In this document: positions 10,794 through 24,215 of the stretch, piece after piece
How positions within the stretch are numbered: position 1 is the first letter of the stretch
Layout: every line of letters begins with the position of its first letter
NCBI RefSeq assembly: GCF_964204645.1
Contig: NC_134030.1
Coordinates: 10,809,947-10,873,946, forward strand
DNA length: 64,000 bases
Reading direction: 5' to 3'
From: Tubulanus polymorphus
Taxonomy: Eukaryota > Animalia > Nemertea
Position numbers and translations under genes: made by a program
The notes under the pieces: generated by a model
The model's database searches: none
Told to the model about the DNA's origin: nothing
The model's input: the letters and a program-made list of their open reading frames with translations, nothing else

Positions 10794-10810
10794 TTATATA
10801 GTGCAAAAAT

Positions 10811-11576
10811 TACTCTCTACATCTTATAACTAAATCATAAATTACAGGAAAGTTAAGTTATTCAAATCAATTAAGTATCCATTGTGATTTTTAATTTCTA
10901 ATCTAAAATTATTAAATTGAGAAATGCATGGTTTGAAATCACATTCTGTTAAATTATAATTTATTTGCGTTCCAAATTGTTTAACATTTTTTAATGGTAA
11001 AATATTTAATATACTAGAATTACAAATTGTATCTTTAGTTGCTTCGAAAATTTTTGTAGGATCGATTAAATTGCAATAAATATAAAATTGTGTAAAAGGT
11101 AATATATTTGAATTACCATCTACGTTTCCTGTAACGGTATCTGGTACAATTCCTAACAGTTTAGCTATAGGTTTTTTTTTAACCATAAATGCATGTTGAC
11201 TTTCATCATATACCTTTATTTTAATTTTATTTGTGCTATCACTTTTTATAAATCTAATTAAAAATTTATCATCTCTTCTAATTTTCAACCGTGCTCTACG
11301 ATTGATTTCTTGAGCTAATGTTTCTAAATTATATAATCCTGGTTTTAAAGTTAGATGAAACCATTTATCTACATTTCTAATATGAATTAAAACAGTATTA
11401 TCTTCAATAGTTTTATCCGATATATTATAAAAAGAATTACATAAACTTATATTTACTAATTTTAAATCTACACAATTTTTATATGCCCTATCTAATTGAA
11501 CTAGTAAATTACGTGATTTATAATTTGTAAGTTTTCTAGAATCAACAAATATTCTGTATTCTTTTAATTCTACCAT
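10811..11576 (-). pseudogene. minor capsid protein (penton-like); C-terminus shifted by a 5-bp duplication
   Basis: ORF 10842-11576: PGLYN, KLLG, FYIYCNLID, ILNILPL, LEIKNHNG..IDLNN. Removing one AACTT from AACTTAACTT restores LNNFPVIYDLVIRCRE*. Confidence 0.7.
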
Positions 11577-11590
11577 TTATTTTACATATT

Positions 11591-11944
11591 TTATTCGAAA
11601 TCTATTTCATGGTGCCCCTTTTCATTCTTACCTTTGTTAACGAAATAGAAATCTCCAGAACATAATTCTTCTAGATCTTCACTTGATAATCTATGAAATC
11701 TATCTGGTAAATATGTTCTGAATTTATGTGTATTTCCTTTTAATCCTTCATATTCTAAGTGTATAACTAATTTATCTCCATAGTTATTAGTAACTGTATC
11801 AATATTTGTAATTAGATATTTCTTATGGATTGTTAATTCTGTTAACTTCTTAAATTTATAATCTACAGATTTTACATTTGTTATATCTTTAATTCTATCT
11901 AGAAATGATTTGTTGTTCTCACTGTTTGCTTGTTTACTCTCCAT
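11591..11944 (-). CDS. 117-aa protein next to pPolB, candidate OB-fold ssDNA-binding protein
   Basis: FKKLTEL...Y.IT...V...YG...V..LE...YLPDRF beta-rich pattern with an acidic/aromatic C-terminal tip (EIDFE); function inferred only. Confidence 0.55.
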   Translation of the reverse strand: MESKQANSENNKSFLDRIKDITNVKSVDYKFKKLTELTIHKKYLITNIDTVTNNYGDKLVIHLEYEGLKGNTHKFRTYLPDRFHRLSSEDLEELCSGDFYFVNKGKNEKGHHEIDFE

Positions 11945-11962
11945 TTATAATACATATTTTTA

Positions 11963-14900
11963 TTAAAATTTGATTAACACGTTAGAATTCTTTTCATTAT
12001 CTCGTTCTCTTTTGTTTCTTCTCTTTTAAATTTTAAGTATTCATCTAAATTGCAACCATAAGCAACTGTATGAATTCCATCATCCAGAATATATCTTTTA
12101 TCATCAAATGGTTTAGACTTATCTTTTTAATTTCTTCAATAAACATTTCATGATCTTCAGATCTTAAACATCTCATTTTATGTTTTCTAACTTCTTCATT
12201 GAATATACAATTGATGTAATCTTTGAAATGAATATTCTTTTCTACTACACTTTTGGTTATTCCTTTTAACTTTTTAGATTCATGTTCTTTAGTTTTATAT
12301 GAATACTTTTTAGATCTAATACCGATGAATTCAATCATTTCTTCACCACCTAATTCATCTTTGAATTTACCGGGAACTTTTTTATTATCATTGCTAAACA
12401 ATTCATGATCTTTAGGATAGTTACTAAAATCAAAATGATGTTTTAATGTTTTTAAATCATCTGTTATGTTATCAGTTTTTATCTTTAATATGTAAGAATC
12501 GGTATCAAAATATAAGATTTCTATATGTTTTTCTCCAAAAAGTGGTTGCAATACATTATAATAGAATTCATACATTAGTAATTTTGATAATTCTAAAACT
12601 GATGCGCCAACATAGATTGGTTTATTAAATTTCATTGATGTTCTTCTCATCTTAACTACAGCTAAATTTTCATCAAATATTCTGTTACCAATGAACTTAG
12701 GATATGATTGTAAATGCCTTATCCTTTTACCATTACTAACTAACTCAATATCATTTCTATTTCTAATATTTTCACAAGTCTTACCATAGAATGCATTATT
12801 CATTAACTTGAAGAAATCTTTTTCGAAATCAGTTTTAGCTTTAGTTCTCTGTTTGGTGCTAAAATCCATATATTTTTCTAACCACTTAGATTGACTAAAT
12901 GAAATATATCTATGTACTTTTTTTAGGATCATTCCTTGATTCAAATAAAACTTTGACATTCTATAATGTACTACATAATTATATTTATCTTCTTGAGTTA
13001 CCATTAACTTTTCTGTATGAATATGATTTTCGGGTTTAATTCTTTTTTGGTAATTTGATAATTCTTCATGAGTTACAGTTTTATGTTCGGGACAGTAAGC
13101 TAGATTTCTAGATTTAAATTTTTTATCTTCAGGATATTCTAAATCTACAACAAAGAAGTAACCAGTATCTGAATCATCTGCAATATCTAGAATTCTTTTC
13201 TTCCAATCAAATTTATCATTATTTTCATTCTGTAAAACTTCAGTTAATTCAAATACTCCATAAGGTTGTGGTTCCATCATTGCCCAACCATACAAATTAT
13301 TTGCATCTATATATAATAACTTATATCCGGGGTTATCATTTACATTGAAATATCTATCACCTAATACACCTGAAACTCCTCCTCTTATAGATTTTTCAAA
13401 TAATAGTGATTGATCTATATTTGTTAACAAATCCATTTTTATATCTGTAAATTTTAATCCACAATCCCATGTTAAACCTGGACTAGAATAACAATGACAA
13501 GGATCAATGTTAAAATATTTTAGGTTTACATCTCTAAACCTTTCGAATATATCGGTTAATAATAATACATCTGATTCTAAATATATATCTACTAATTGCC
13601 CATGATTTTCTATTTTGAAATGATTCCAAATATTCAATGTTCTATTATATACTTCATCTTTAACATATTCATTTTCTAATTCATCATAGAATTGTTCTTT
13701 CAATAATTCAGTTATATTGAAATCATTATGTGATTTATAAAATGAATATGGAATTGCTCCTTTATATCTTATTAATTGAAAATCATCATTATTTGGGTAA
13801 TATTCTTTTAATATCTTTAATTCATCATCAACTAATGATTTTGATAAGTTATCTAATGAACTATTTAAAAATCTATATGAATCTATAAATCTTAGGCAAC
13901 CAAATTGGAATGATATATAATTCTCAGAGGTTTTAGCTAACATTCTAAATTTATAAGTTGGTATTTTATCTTTTGATCTATTTGAATTTAATCTTTCCAT
14001 TTCATTATTAATTTCTTCTATTTTATGGCATAACTGTTTGATGAATAAATGTGCATCATATCCTGATAGATTATGAAATATAACTGGTACAAAGTTAATT
14101 TTCTTAGCTTGTAAGTTACAATTCTCATGTGCAGCGCCTCTAAACTTTCCATTCAAATGATCATGGTCTCTTACTTTTTTATCTCTAAAATTAAATATCT
14201 TTTCACAATAATAACATTTATCTGCAAACTCAAATGCTTCTTTATCTTCTTCTGTCATTATAATTTTTATATTTGTATTCAATAATTTACTAAATCTTAT
14301 TTCATATTCAATTAATAAGTCACAAAAATGATTGATAACATTTTCATTTCTATAATCATAATATTCACTTTCAATTAGTTCTGGATAATCAGATTTAATA
14401 TATAACCCGAAAGCTGCGGCTGATTGATGAATCTTTTTAATTGTATTTGTTTTTGGTGTTTCATCTGAAAAATCATTTTCATTAGAATTTAATTTCTTTC
14501 TTTTATAATATATTTCTTTTCTATCTTGATCAGTTAATTCTTTATTTAATGATTCAAAATCTCCATATATTACAAATGGTACTTTATTTTTGTAATCATA
14601 TTTTTTGAATTCTAATATTTTATCTTTTTCATTTGGTAAAACTAATTTACAATAATCATGATTTTCACATAATTGTTTATGATTTAATAATGTACTTTCA
14701 TTACTGAATCTATGTAAACATTTTCTACATAGATATATTTTATGGTGATCATTTTCTGATTTAAAAAATAAATCGATTTGTTTAATCCACATATAATGAT
14801 TCTCATAATATAGTATATCTATAACATCATTTGAATCATAATCTTTTGATAGATATAAAGGTTCTAATGTATAATGTTTTATATTGTTACCTTTTGTATT

Positions 14901-16009
14901 TGGTAATTTGATTAAATCAAATACATTTATTCTTAAATTATTATCTCTTTCTATCTTTGGGATGTTTTTAATTATAACAGGATACTTATCTATCTTATAA
15001 TTATTTTCAAATGGTTTATAATGAGTTAATCTAAAACTATGTGTAATATCTTCTGTTGGATGTAAATAACTTATAATTGTCCATAGAAAAATTTATCATC
15101 TTCATTTTGTACATTTATTACAGCATTAGTTTTAAATGGTAGTTTAATATAACTCGATGCTTCAATATCTGGTTCTTTATAATATGATACATTATTTTCA
15201 TCTATTGGTTTCGATTTAGTTAACTTATTATATTTTGTGTTATAAACATGTTAAGTCATAAATATTATTTCATCAAATATTAAACCAGATCCTTCAAAAT
15301 ATTTCTCTTCTATTTTAGTTTTTACTTCATTATAACATTTATCTAATTTATCATCTATATGTTGTTTATATATAATATGTTGTGAATGAGAATTTATATT
15401 ATATATTGGTTTATCTTCAGATTTTATAAACTTTACTTTAACTGATATACTAATTTTAGGGTATTCAACATCTGTAATTATTTTTATAATATTTTTCATA
15501 TTTTCTAAATGTTTTTTATTTTCTTCTAATGTTTTTCCTTTATGAAATTTAAACTCGATAGCTGCTGGGCCAATATCACTTTTAAATGCTTCGGTTATCT
15601 CTATATTTTTTTTATTATCCAATAAATTAATATATTTTCTTACATCTTCCATGTATGGTCTTTTATTGTTTAATTTATTTTTTATGCTTTTAATTGTCTT
15701 CTGTTTCTTATCACTATCTTTATCAAAATAATCTTCACCTAAAATATCATTATTCTTATTTCTAATATGACTTTTAGATTTTAAATGTTCATTATAATAT
15801 CTTTTATCACTGAATGATTGATTACATGTATCACATTTGTATGTTTTTTTTTCATTCTTTAATTCATCTAATTTAGTTTCTAATATATCATCTTTATATT
15901 CTAGTTTCAATTTATTCTCTAAATGTGTTTTAGTTTTATTGTGTCTTGCTTTTTGGGATTTATCTATATTGATATTACATGTTGGGCAGTAGTACTTATT
16001 TGCTTCCAT
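11963..16009 (-). pseudogene. protein-primed family B DNA polymerase (pPolB) with N-terminal Zn fingers and an endonuclease-VII-like insert, disrupted
   Basis: ORFs 15251-16009 and 12045-14792 join through an in-frame TAA (15251-15253) and a frameshift near 15090. Motifs YGDFES, CxxC..VRDHDH..GKFRGAAH..CN, HNLSGYD, YLESDV, YIDANNLYG, KLMNNAFYGKT, YFDTDS; PFDDKR is out of frame after a frameshift near 12112. Confidence 0.95.
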
Positions 16010-16270
16010 TTTAATACTAAATTTTTTATTAAAATTGATTTTAGAAGTTCAATGATTTATATCATGCATTATTTCAATCACTATTTACTAACACTTTTAA
16101 TGTTTAAAAATCTAACTCATACAAATATGTATATTGAAATAATGTTGTAAATATATACTTTTATATCTATTCTATAAGAGCTCACACTTTACTCACACTT
16201 TTATATTGAATAATCTATCAATTTATATGTTATTCATATATATTTTATTCATGTATATAAATATTTTAAG

Positions 16271-16440
16271 AGTAATAGGGATAATAGGCTTTCATATCAA
16301 AGGTTGAAAGGGCTAGTGAGTAAAAAATGAAAAATATGAAAATAATAATAATTTCTATTTGAATTAGGAGTGAAACTCATATAAAATGAAAAATAAATTC
16401 GAGTGTGCGAGAATTTTTTTACATTTTATATGAGTTTCGC
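16271..16440. repeat. truncated copy of the terminal fold-back palindrome
   Basis: Reverse complement of 18569-18738; lacks the outer 99 bp. Confidence 0.9.
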
Positions 16441-18469
16441 ACGGTCCGGTAGCGTGACAGAAAGATTTTTAGACAGTATATCATTAGAAGACAAAGTAAG
16501 CAGCCATTTCTCATCCTCCTTCGATAGGGATTTGAATCTGATGGCATCGGTGACATTCTGCCACGTCACGAAACCCTGCCTGATTAGCCGCGGCCCAGTG
16601 CGTATCATCGTCATCATCATTATCACGGATGGAAGAGCTGGTGGCAGTCCGGCTTATCTGATAGCGTTTAAGGTGACAGCGGTGCATGTAAATGATCTTT
16701 TGAAAGTACCATATTCAAGAATTTATTTTCTTAAACTGGAGGGTTTTAAGAACGTCTACAATTAGTAGAAACTTGTAGGATGTTCTCAAAAACAAATAAT
16801 AAATACGCTGCGCCATTTCCACGAACTCAGACGCGGTAAAGCATGATAGGCCCTACACATGGACTACATGACGATCTTTTTACCGCTTAACAGCGTTGTG
16901 ACGAGCAATTTGAAAAAAATTCCGGCCGTGAATTTTCTTTTCGAATCCGCATCCCTTGCAAAATCCAGACAGGGTAAAGGTCTTAGTTTATTTCATTTTG
17001 ATAATGGAAAATAAATGATACAGTGCGATACTGCTGACCACATGTCCTATATATCGTGCCCTACCACAAGAAAGTTACATTGTAACAGTCTAAACACTTA
17101 CACAGACAATATTGTAGCGTATTTTTGATTTATCTGTTGCCGGCATATCGGGCTACGACTTACGCGAGGTATTTTGAATGAAATCAGAAGATTTGGAATT
17201 TATAATTGATACGACTTACTGAAAATACGACTTATAAAGTACGAGTTATAAGCATTATTTCATAAGGTTTAAAGAAGAAAAAAATCGGGACCAAAATGAT
17301 TATACGAGAGATGTGATGATACTACTAATTCGATGACGACTTATGCGGGGTTGACTGTAGCAGAAAGGAAAGGCAAGCGCTTCACGCGACACCGAGCTCG
17401 TAACCGCGATAGAATTATCCCGTTCTTGGACACGGGCCGACATATCTGAACCTGTCTAGTATCGATCATTTAGCTCAAAAAAAATTAATGTACAGGGTAG
17501 ATTAGCGGCCGGTCGGGTCAACTTTTAAACTCCTCAGCAGAAGAGAAACGAGGTATCAATCTTTTAGCCTAAACACTGCAGGATATATTTTAAGGCACAC
17601 TTCGTTCTCTAACCCGTAATTAATTAATCGCCACCCTTCCAGTTGTATATGAGCATGCGCAGATCATTCTCCCTGATGGCATCGCTAAACTCAGTCGCGG
17701 CACGGAACCCTGCCACACTAGACCGGGTGCGCATGTTTAAGCCAGCTCCACGAATCCGCTGCTATAGCGCAAAAAATTATACAAAATTTTCGTTTCGTAT
17801 TACATTTTATACTTTAGCTGGACCCGCGAAAAAATGACCATTTCGTTTCGTAGTTTAGCATTTCGTATAGTATTTCGTTTCGTACTTTAGCATTTCTTAA
17901 TTTCGCTCCATATTTCGTAATTTCGTTTCATATTTCGTAATTTCATAGTTTCGTACTTTAGCAGGACCCATGATAACTATGCGTTATTTAAGATGCTCTC
18001 TGGGTGAGTCGACGTGCGTGCAGTACGCCATCAATATTGGCATTAGAAAATAACAATTAGATTGTGAATTTTACCATTTTTTGACGCCTTATAAAACGTT
18101 ACCAATATGAAACCTAAACAATGTTAACCATTCAGCGTCATTTTACAAACGACAACCGTAAATCGATGTGCAAAACGTCACAGGTCTATGCGTACACATA
18201 CAAGCTATTTGGCAAAATATTCAAAATTTGCAATTCCACATTAGCTCATCCCAGAAATTCTACATTTTTTCGCAGGCGTCAAATAATTTAAATTTTTTTG
18301 TAATTAAATCACACTCTTATCTTATACTTGATAGTTTTCGATGAACCTGTTGTACTCTTCTTCATGAATATAAATCGGGGCTAGACTGGTTGTCGGTCAA
18401 TTCAATTCTATTATCGATATATTCAAATCCAAAATAACTTCATTTGATCCTTATCATATATTACACATT
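16441..18469. other. host-type spacer between the inverted arms
   Basis: Higher GC; fragments at about 16525-16580 and 17670-17732 match the host MITE at 50995-51337. Confidence 0.8.
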
Positions 18470-18738
18470 AGTAATAGGGATAATGGGCTTTCATACCAAA
18501 GGTCGAAAGGTCGAGCTCATAAAAAATGAAAAATATGAAAATAATAACAATTTCTATTTGAATTAGTAGCGAAACTCATATAAAATGTAAAAAAATTCTC
18601 GCACACTCGAATTTATTTTTCATTTTATATGAGTTTCACTCCTAATTCAAATAGAAATTATTATTATTTTCATATTTTTCATTTTTTACTCACTAGCCCT
18701 TTCAACCTTTGATATGAAAGCCTATTATCCCTATTACT
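18470..18738. repeat. terminal fold-back palindrome (arms 18470-18598 and 18609-18738, 10-nt loop)
   Basis: AGTAATAGGGATAAT...ATTATCCCTATTACT; AGT...ACT ends typical of Polinton termini. Confidence 0.9.
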
Positions 18739-18999
18739 CTTAAAATATTTATATACATGAATAAAATATATATGAATAACATATAAATTGATAGATTATT
18801 CAATATAAAAGTGTGAGTAAAGTGTGAGCTCTTATAGAATAGATATAAAAGTATATATTTACAACATTATTTCAATATACATATTTGTATGAGTTAGATT
18901 TTTAAACATTAAAAGTGTTAGTAAATAGTGATTGAAATAATGCATGATATAAATCATTGAACTTCTAAAATCAATTTTAATAAAAAATTTAGTATTAAA

Positions 19000-21900
19000 A
19001 TGGAAGCAAATAAGTACTACTGCCCAACATGTAATATCAATATAGATAAATCCCAAAAAGCAAGACACAATAAAACTAAAACACATTTAGAGAATAAATT
19101 GAAACTAGAATATAAAGATGATATATTAGAAACTAAATTAGATGAATTAAAGAATGAAAAAAAAACATACAAATGTGATACATGTAATCAATCATTCAGT
19201 GATAAAAGATATTATAATGAACATTTAAAATCTAAAAGTCATATTAGAAATAAGAATAATGATATTTTAGGTGAAGATTATTTTGATAAAGATAGTGATA
19301 AGAAACAGAAGACAATTAAAAGCATAAAAAATAAATTAAACAATAAAAGACCATACATGGAAGATGTAAGAAAATATATTAATTTATTGGATAATAAAAA
19401 AAATATAGAGATAACCGAAGCATTTAAAAGTGATATTGGCCCAGCAGCTATCGAGTTTAAATTTCATAAAGGAAAAACATTAGAAGAAAATAAAAAACAT
19501 TTAGAAAATATGAAAAATATTATAAAAATAATTACAGATGTTGAATACCCTAAAATTAGTATATCAGTTAAAGTAAAGTTTATAAAATCTGAAGATAAAC
19601 CAATATATAATATAAATTCTCATTCACAACATATTATATATAAACAACATATAGATGATAAATTAGATAAATGTTATAATGAAGTAAAAACTAAAATAGA
19701 AGAGAAATATTTTGAAGGATCTGGTTTAATATTTGATGAAATAATATTTATGACTTAACATGTTTATAACACAAAATATAATAAGTTAACTAAATCGAAA
19801 CCAATAGATGAAAATAATGTATCATATTATAAAGAACCAGATATTGAAGCATCGAGTTATATTAAACTACCATTTAAAACTAATGCTGTAATAAATGTAC
19901 AAAATGAAGATGATAAATTTTTCTATGGACAATTATAAGTTATTTACATCCAACAGAAGATATTACACATAGTTTTAGATTAACTCATTATAAACCATTT
20001 GAAAATAATTATAAGATAGATAAGTATCCTGTTATAATTAAAAACATCCCAAAGATAGAAAGAGATAATAATTTAAGAATAAATGTATTTGATTTAATCA
20101 AATTACCAAATACAAAAGGTAACAATATAAAACATTATACATTAGAACCTTTATATCTATCAAAAGATTATGATTCAAATGATGTTATAGATATACTATA
20201 TTATGAGAATCATTATATGTGGATTAAACAAATCGATTTATTTTTTAAATCAGAAAATGATCACCATAAAATATATCTATGTAGAAAATGTTTACATAGA
20301 TTCAGTAATGAAAGTACATTATTAAATCATAAACAATTATGTGAAAATCATGATTATTGTAAATTAGTTTTACCAAATGAAAAAGATAAAATATTAGAAT
20401 TCAAAAAATATGATTACAAAAATAAAGTACCATTTGTAATATATGGAGATTTTGAATCATTAAATAAAGAATTAACTGATCAAGATAGAAAAGAAATATA
20501 TTATAAAAGAAAGAAATTAAATTCTAATGAAAATGATTTTTCAGATGAAACACCAAAAACAAATACAATTAAAAAGATTCATCAATCAGCCGCAGCTTTC
20601 GGGTTATATATTAAATCTGATTATCCAGAACTAATTGAAAGTGAATATTATGATTATAGAAATGAAAATGTTATCAATCATTTTTGTGACTTATTAATTG
20701 AATATGAAATAAGATTTAGTAAATTATTGAATACAAATATAAAAATTATAATGACAGAAGAAGATAAAGAAGCATTTGAGTTTGCAGATAAATGTTATTA
20801 TTGTGAAAAGATATTTAATTTTAGAGATAAAAAAGTAAGAGACCATGATCATTTGAATGGAAAGTTTAGAGGCGCTGCACATGAGAATTGTAACTTACAA
20901 GCTAAGAAAATTAACTTTGTACCAGTTATATTTCATAATCTATCAGGATATGATGCACATTTATTCATCAAACAGTTATGCCATAAAATAGAAGAAATTA
21001 ATAATGAAATGGAAAGATTAAATTCAAATAGATCAAAAGATAAAATACCAACTTATAAATTTAGAATGTTAGCTAAAACCTCTGAGAATTATATATCATT
21101 CCAATTTGGTTGCCTAAGATTTATAGATTCATATAGATTTTTAAATAGTTCATTAGATAACTTATCAAAATCATTAGTTGATGATGAATTAAAGATATTA
21201 AAAGAATATTACCCAAATAATGATGATTTTCAATTAATAAGATATAAAGGAGCAATTCCATATTCATTTTATAAATCACATAATGATTTCAATATAACTG
21301 AATTATTGAAAGAACAATTCTATGATGAATTAGAAAATGAATATGTTAAAGATGAAGTATATAATAGAACATTGAATATTTGGAATCATTTCAAAATAGA
21401 AAATCATGGGCAATTAGTAGATATATATTTAGAATCAGATGTATTATTATTAACCGATATATTCGAAAGGTTTAGAGATGTAAACCTAAAATATTTTAAC
21501 ATTGATCCTTGTCATTGTTATTCTAGTCCAGGTTTAACATGGGATTGTGGATTAAAATTTACAGATATAAAAATGGATTTGTTAACAAATATAGATCAAT
21601 CACTATTATTTGAAAAATCTATAAGAGGAGGAGTTTCAGGTGTATTAGGTGATAGATATTTCAATGTAAATGATAACCCCGGATATAAGTTATTATATAT
21701 AGATGCAAATAATTTGTATGGTTGGGCAATGATGGAACCACAACCTTATGGAGTATTTGAATTAACTGAAGTTTTACAGAATGAAAATAATGATAAATTT
21801 GATTGGAAGAAAAGAATTCTAGATATTGCAGATGATTCAGATACTGGTTACTTCTTTGTTGTAGATTTAGAATATCCTGAAGATAAAAAATTTAAATCTA

Positions 21901-23046
21901 GAAATCTAGCTTACTGTCCCGAACATAAAACTGTAACTCATGAAGAATTATCAAATTACCAAAAAAGAATTAAACCCGAAAATCATATTCATACAGAAAA
22001 GTTAATGGTAACTCAAGAAGATAAATATAATTATGTAGTACATTATAGAATGTCAAAGTTTTATTTGAATCAAGGAATGATCCTAAAAAAAGTACATAGA
22101 TATATTTCATTTAGTCAATCTAAGTGGTTAGAAAAATATATGGATTTTAGCACCAAACAGAGAACTAAAGCTAAAACTGATTTCGAAAAAGATTTCTTCA
22201 AGTTAATGAATAATGCATTCTATGGTAAGACTTGTGAAAATATTAGAAATAGAAATGATATTGAGTTAGTTAGTAATGGTAAAAGGATAAGGCATTTACA
22301 ATCATATCCTAAGTTCATTGGTAACAGAATATTTGATGAAAATTTAGCTGTAGTTAAGATGAGAAGAACATCAATGAAATTTAATAAACCAATCTATGTT
22401 GGCGCATCAGTTTTAGAATTATCAAAATTACTAATGTATGAATTCTATTATAATGTATTGCAACCACTTTTTGGAGAAAAACATATAGAAATCTTATATT
22501 TTGATACCGATTCTTACATATTAAAGATAAAAACTGATAACATAACAGATGATTTAAAAACATTAAAACATCATTTTGATTTTAGTAACTATCCTAAAGA
22601 TCATGAATTGTTTAGCAATGATAATAAAAAAGTTCCCGGTAAATTCAAAGATGAATTAGGTGGTGAAGAAATGATTGAATTCATCGGTATTAGATCTAAA
22701 AAGTATTCATATAAAACTAAAGAACATGAATCTAAAAAGTTAAAAGGAATAACCAAAAGTGTAGTAGAAAAGAATATTCATTTCAAAGATTACATCAATT
22801 GTATATTCAATGAAGAAGTTAGAAAACATAAAATGAGATGTTTAAGATCTGAAGATCATGAAATGTTTATTGAAGAAATTAAAAAGATAAGTCTAAACCA
22901 TTTGATGATAAAAGATATATTCTGGATGATGGAATTCATACAGTTGCTTATGGTTGCAATTTAGATGAATACTTAAAATTTAAAAGAGAAGAAACAAAAG
23001 AGAACGAGATAATGAAAAGAATTCTAACGTGTTAATCAAATTTTAA
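19000..23046 (+). pseudogene. pPolB, second copy with the same lesions
   Basis: ORFs 19000-19758 and 20217-22964 translate identically to the left copy; TAA at 19756-19758; frameshifts near 19919 and 22897. Confidence 0.95.
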
Positions 23047-23064
23047 TAAAAATATGTATTATAA

Positions 23065-23418
23065 ATGGAGAGTAAACAAGCAAACAGTGAGAACAACAAA
23101 TCATTTCTAGATAGAATTAAAGATATAAAAAATGTAAAATCTGTAGATTATAAATTTAAGAAGTTAACAGAATTAACAATCCATAAGAAATATCTAATTA
23201 CAAATATTGATACAGTTACTAATAACTATGGAGATAAATTAGTTATACACTTAGAATATGAAGGATTAAAAGGAAATACACATAAATTCAGAACATATTT
23301 ACCAGATAGATTTCATAGATTATCAAGTGAAGATCTAGAAGAATTATGTTCTGGAGATTTCTATTTCGTTAACAAAGGTAAGAATGAAAAGGGGCACCAT
23401 GAAATAGATTTCGAATAA
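23065..23418 (+). CDS. 117-aa candidate ssDNA-binding protein, second copy (T22K)
   Basis: Mirror of 11591-11944 with one substitution at 23129. Confidence 0.55.
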   Translation: MESKQANSENNKSFLDRIKDIKNVKSVDYKFKKLTELTIHKKYLITNIDTVTNNYGDKLVIHLEYEGLKGNTHKFRTYLPDRFHRLSSEDLEELCSGDFYFVNKGKNEKGHHEIDFE

Positions 23419-23432
23419 AATATGTAAAATAA

Positions 23433-24198
23433 ATGGTAGAATTAAAAGAATACAGAATATTTGTTGATTCTAGAAAACTTACAAATTATAAATCACGTAA
23501 TTTACTAGTTCAATTAGATAGGGCATATAAAAATTGTGTAGATTTAAAATTAGTAAATATAAGTTTATGTAATTCTTTTTATAATATATCGGATAAAACT
23601 ATTGAAGATAATACTGTTTTAATTCATATAAGAAATGTAGATAAATGGTTTCATCTAACTTTAAAACCAGGATTATATAATTTAGAAACATTAGCTCAAG
23701 AAATCAATCGTAGAGCACGGTTGAAAATTAGAAGAGATGATAAATTTTTAATTAGATTTATAAAAAGTGATAGCACAAATAAAATTAAAATAAAGGTATA
23801 TGATGAAAGTCAACATGCATTTATGGTTAAAAAAAAACCTATAGCTAAACTGTTAGGAATTGTACCAGATACCGTTACAGGAAACGTAGATGGTAATTCA
23901 AATATATTACCTTTTACACAATTTTATATTTATTGCAATTTAATCGATCCTACAAAAATTTTCGAAGCAACTAAAGATACAATTTGTAATTCTAGTATAT
24001 TAAATATTTTACCATTAAAAAATGTTAAACAATTTGGAACGCAAATAAATTATAATTTAACAGAATGTGATTTCAAACCATGCATTTCTCAATTTAATAA
24101 TTTTAGATTAGAAATTAAAAATCACAATGGATACTTAATTGATTTGAATAACTTAACTTTCCTGTAATTTATGATTTAGTTATAAGATGTAGAGAGTA
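23433..24198 (+). pseudogene. minor capsid protein, second copy
   Basis: Mirror of 10811-11576; same 5-bp duplication; synonymous difference at 23630. Confidence 0.7.
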
Positions 24199-24215
24199 AT
24201 TTTTGCACTATATAA

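Larger units (their letters stand above)
1..16440. mobile_element. Polinton/Maverick (adintovirus-like) endogenous virus, decayed; left end lies outside the window
   Basis: Very AT-rich, intronless, gene-dense block with pPolB, rve integrase, A32-like ATPase and capsid-like ORFs. Ends abruptly at 16440 inside the terminal palindrome. Confidence 0.95.

Noticed and set aside
12045-14792. 915-aa ORF (and 20217-22964) as an intact polymerase
   Set aside because: It starts mid-protein and loses the PFDDKR C-terminus by frameshift.
18464-18744. Target-site duplication around the terminal palindrome or the element
   Set aside because: Flanks differ (CACATT vs CTTAAA) and the far terminus is outside the window.
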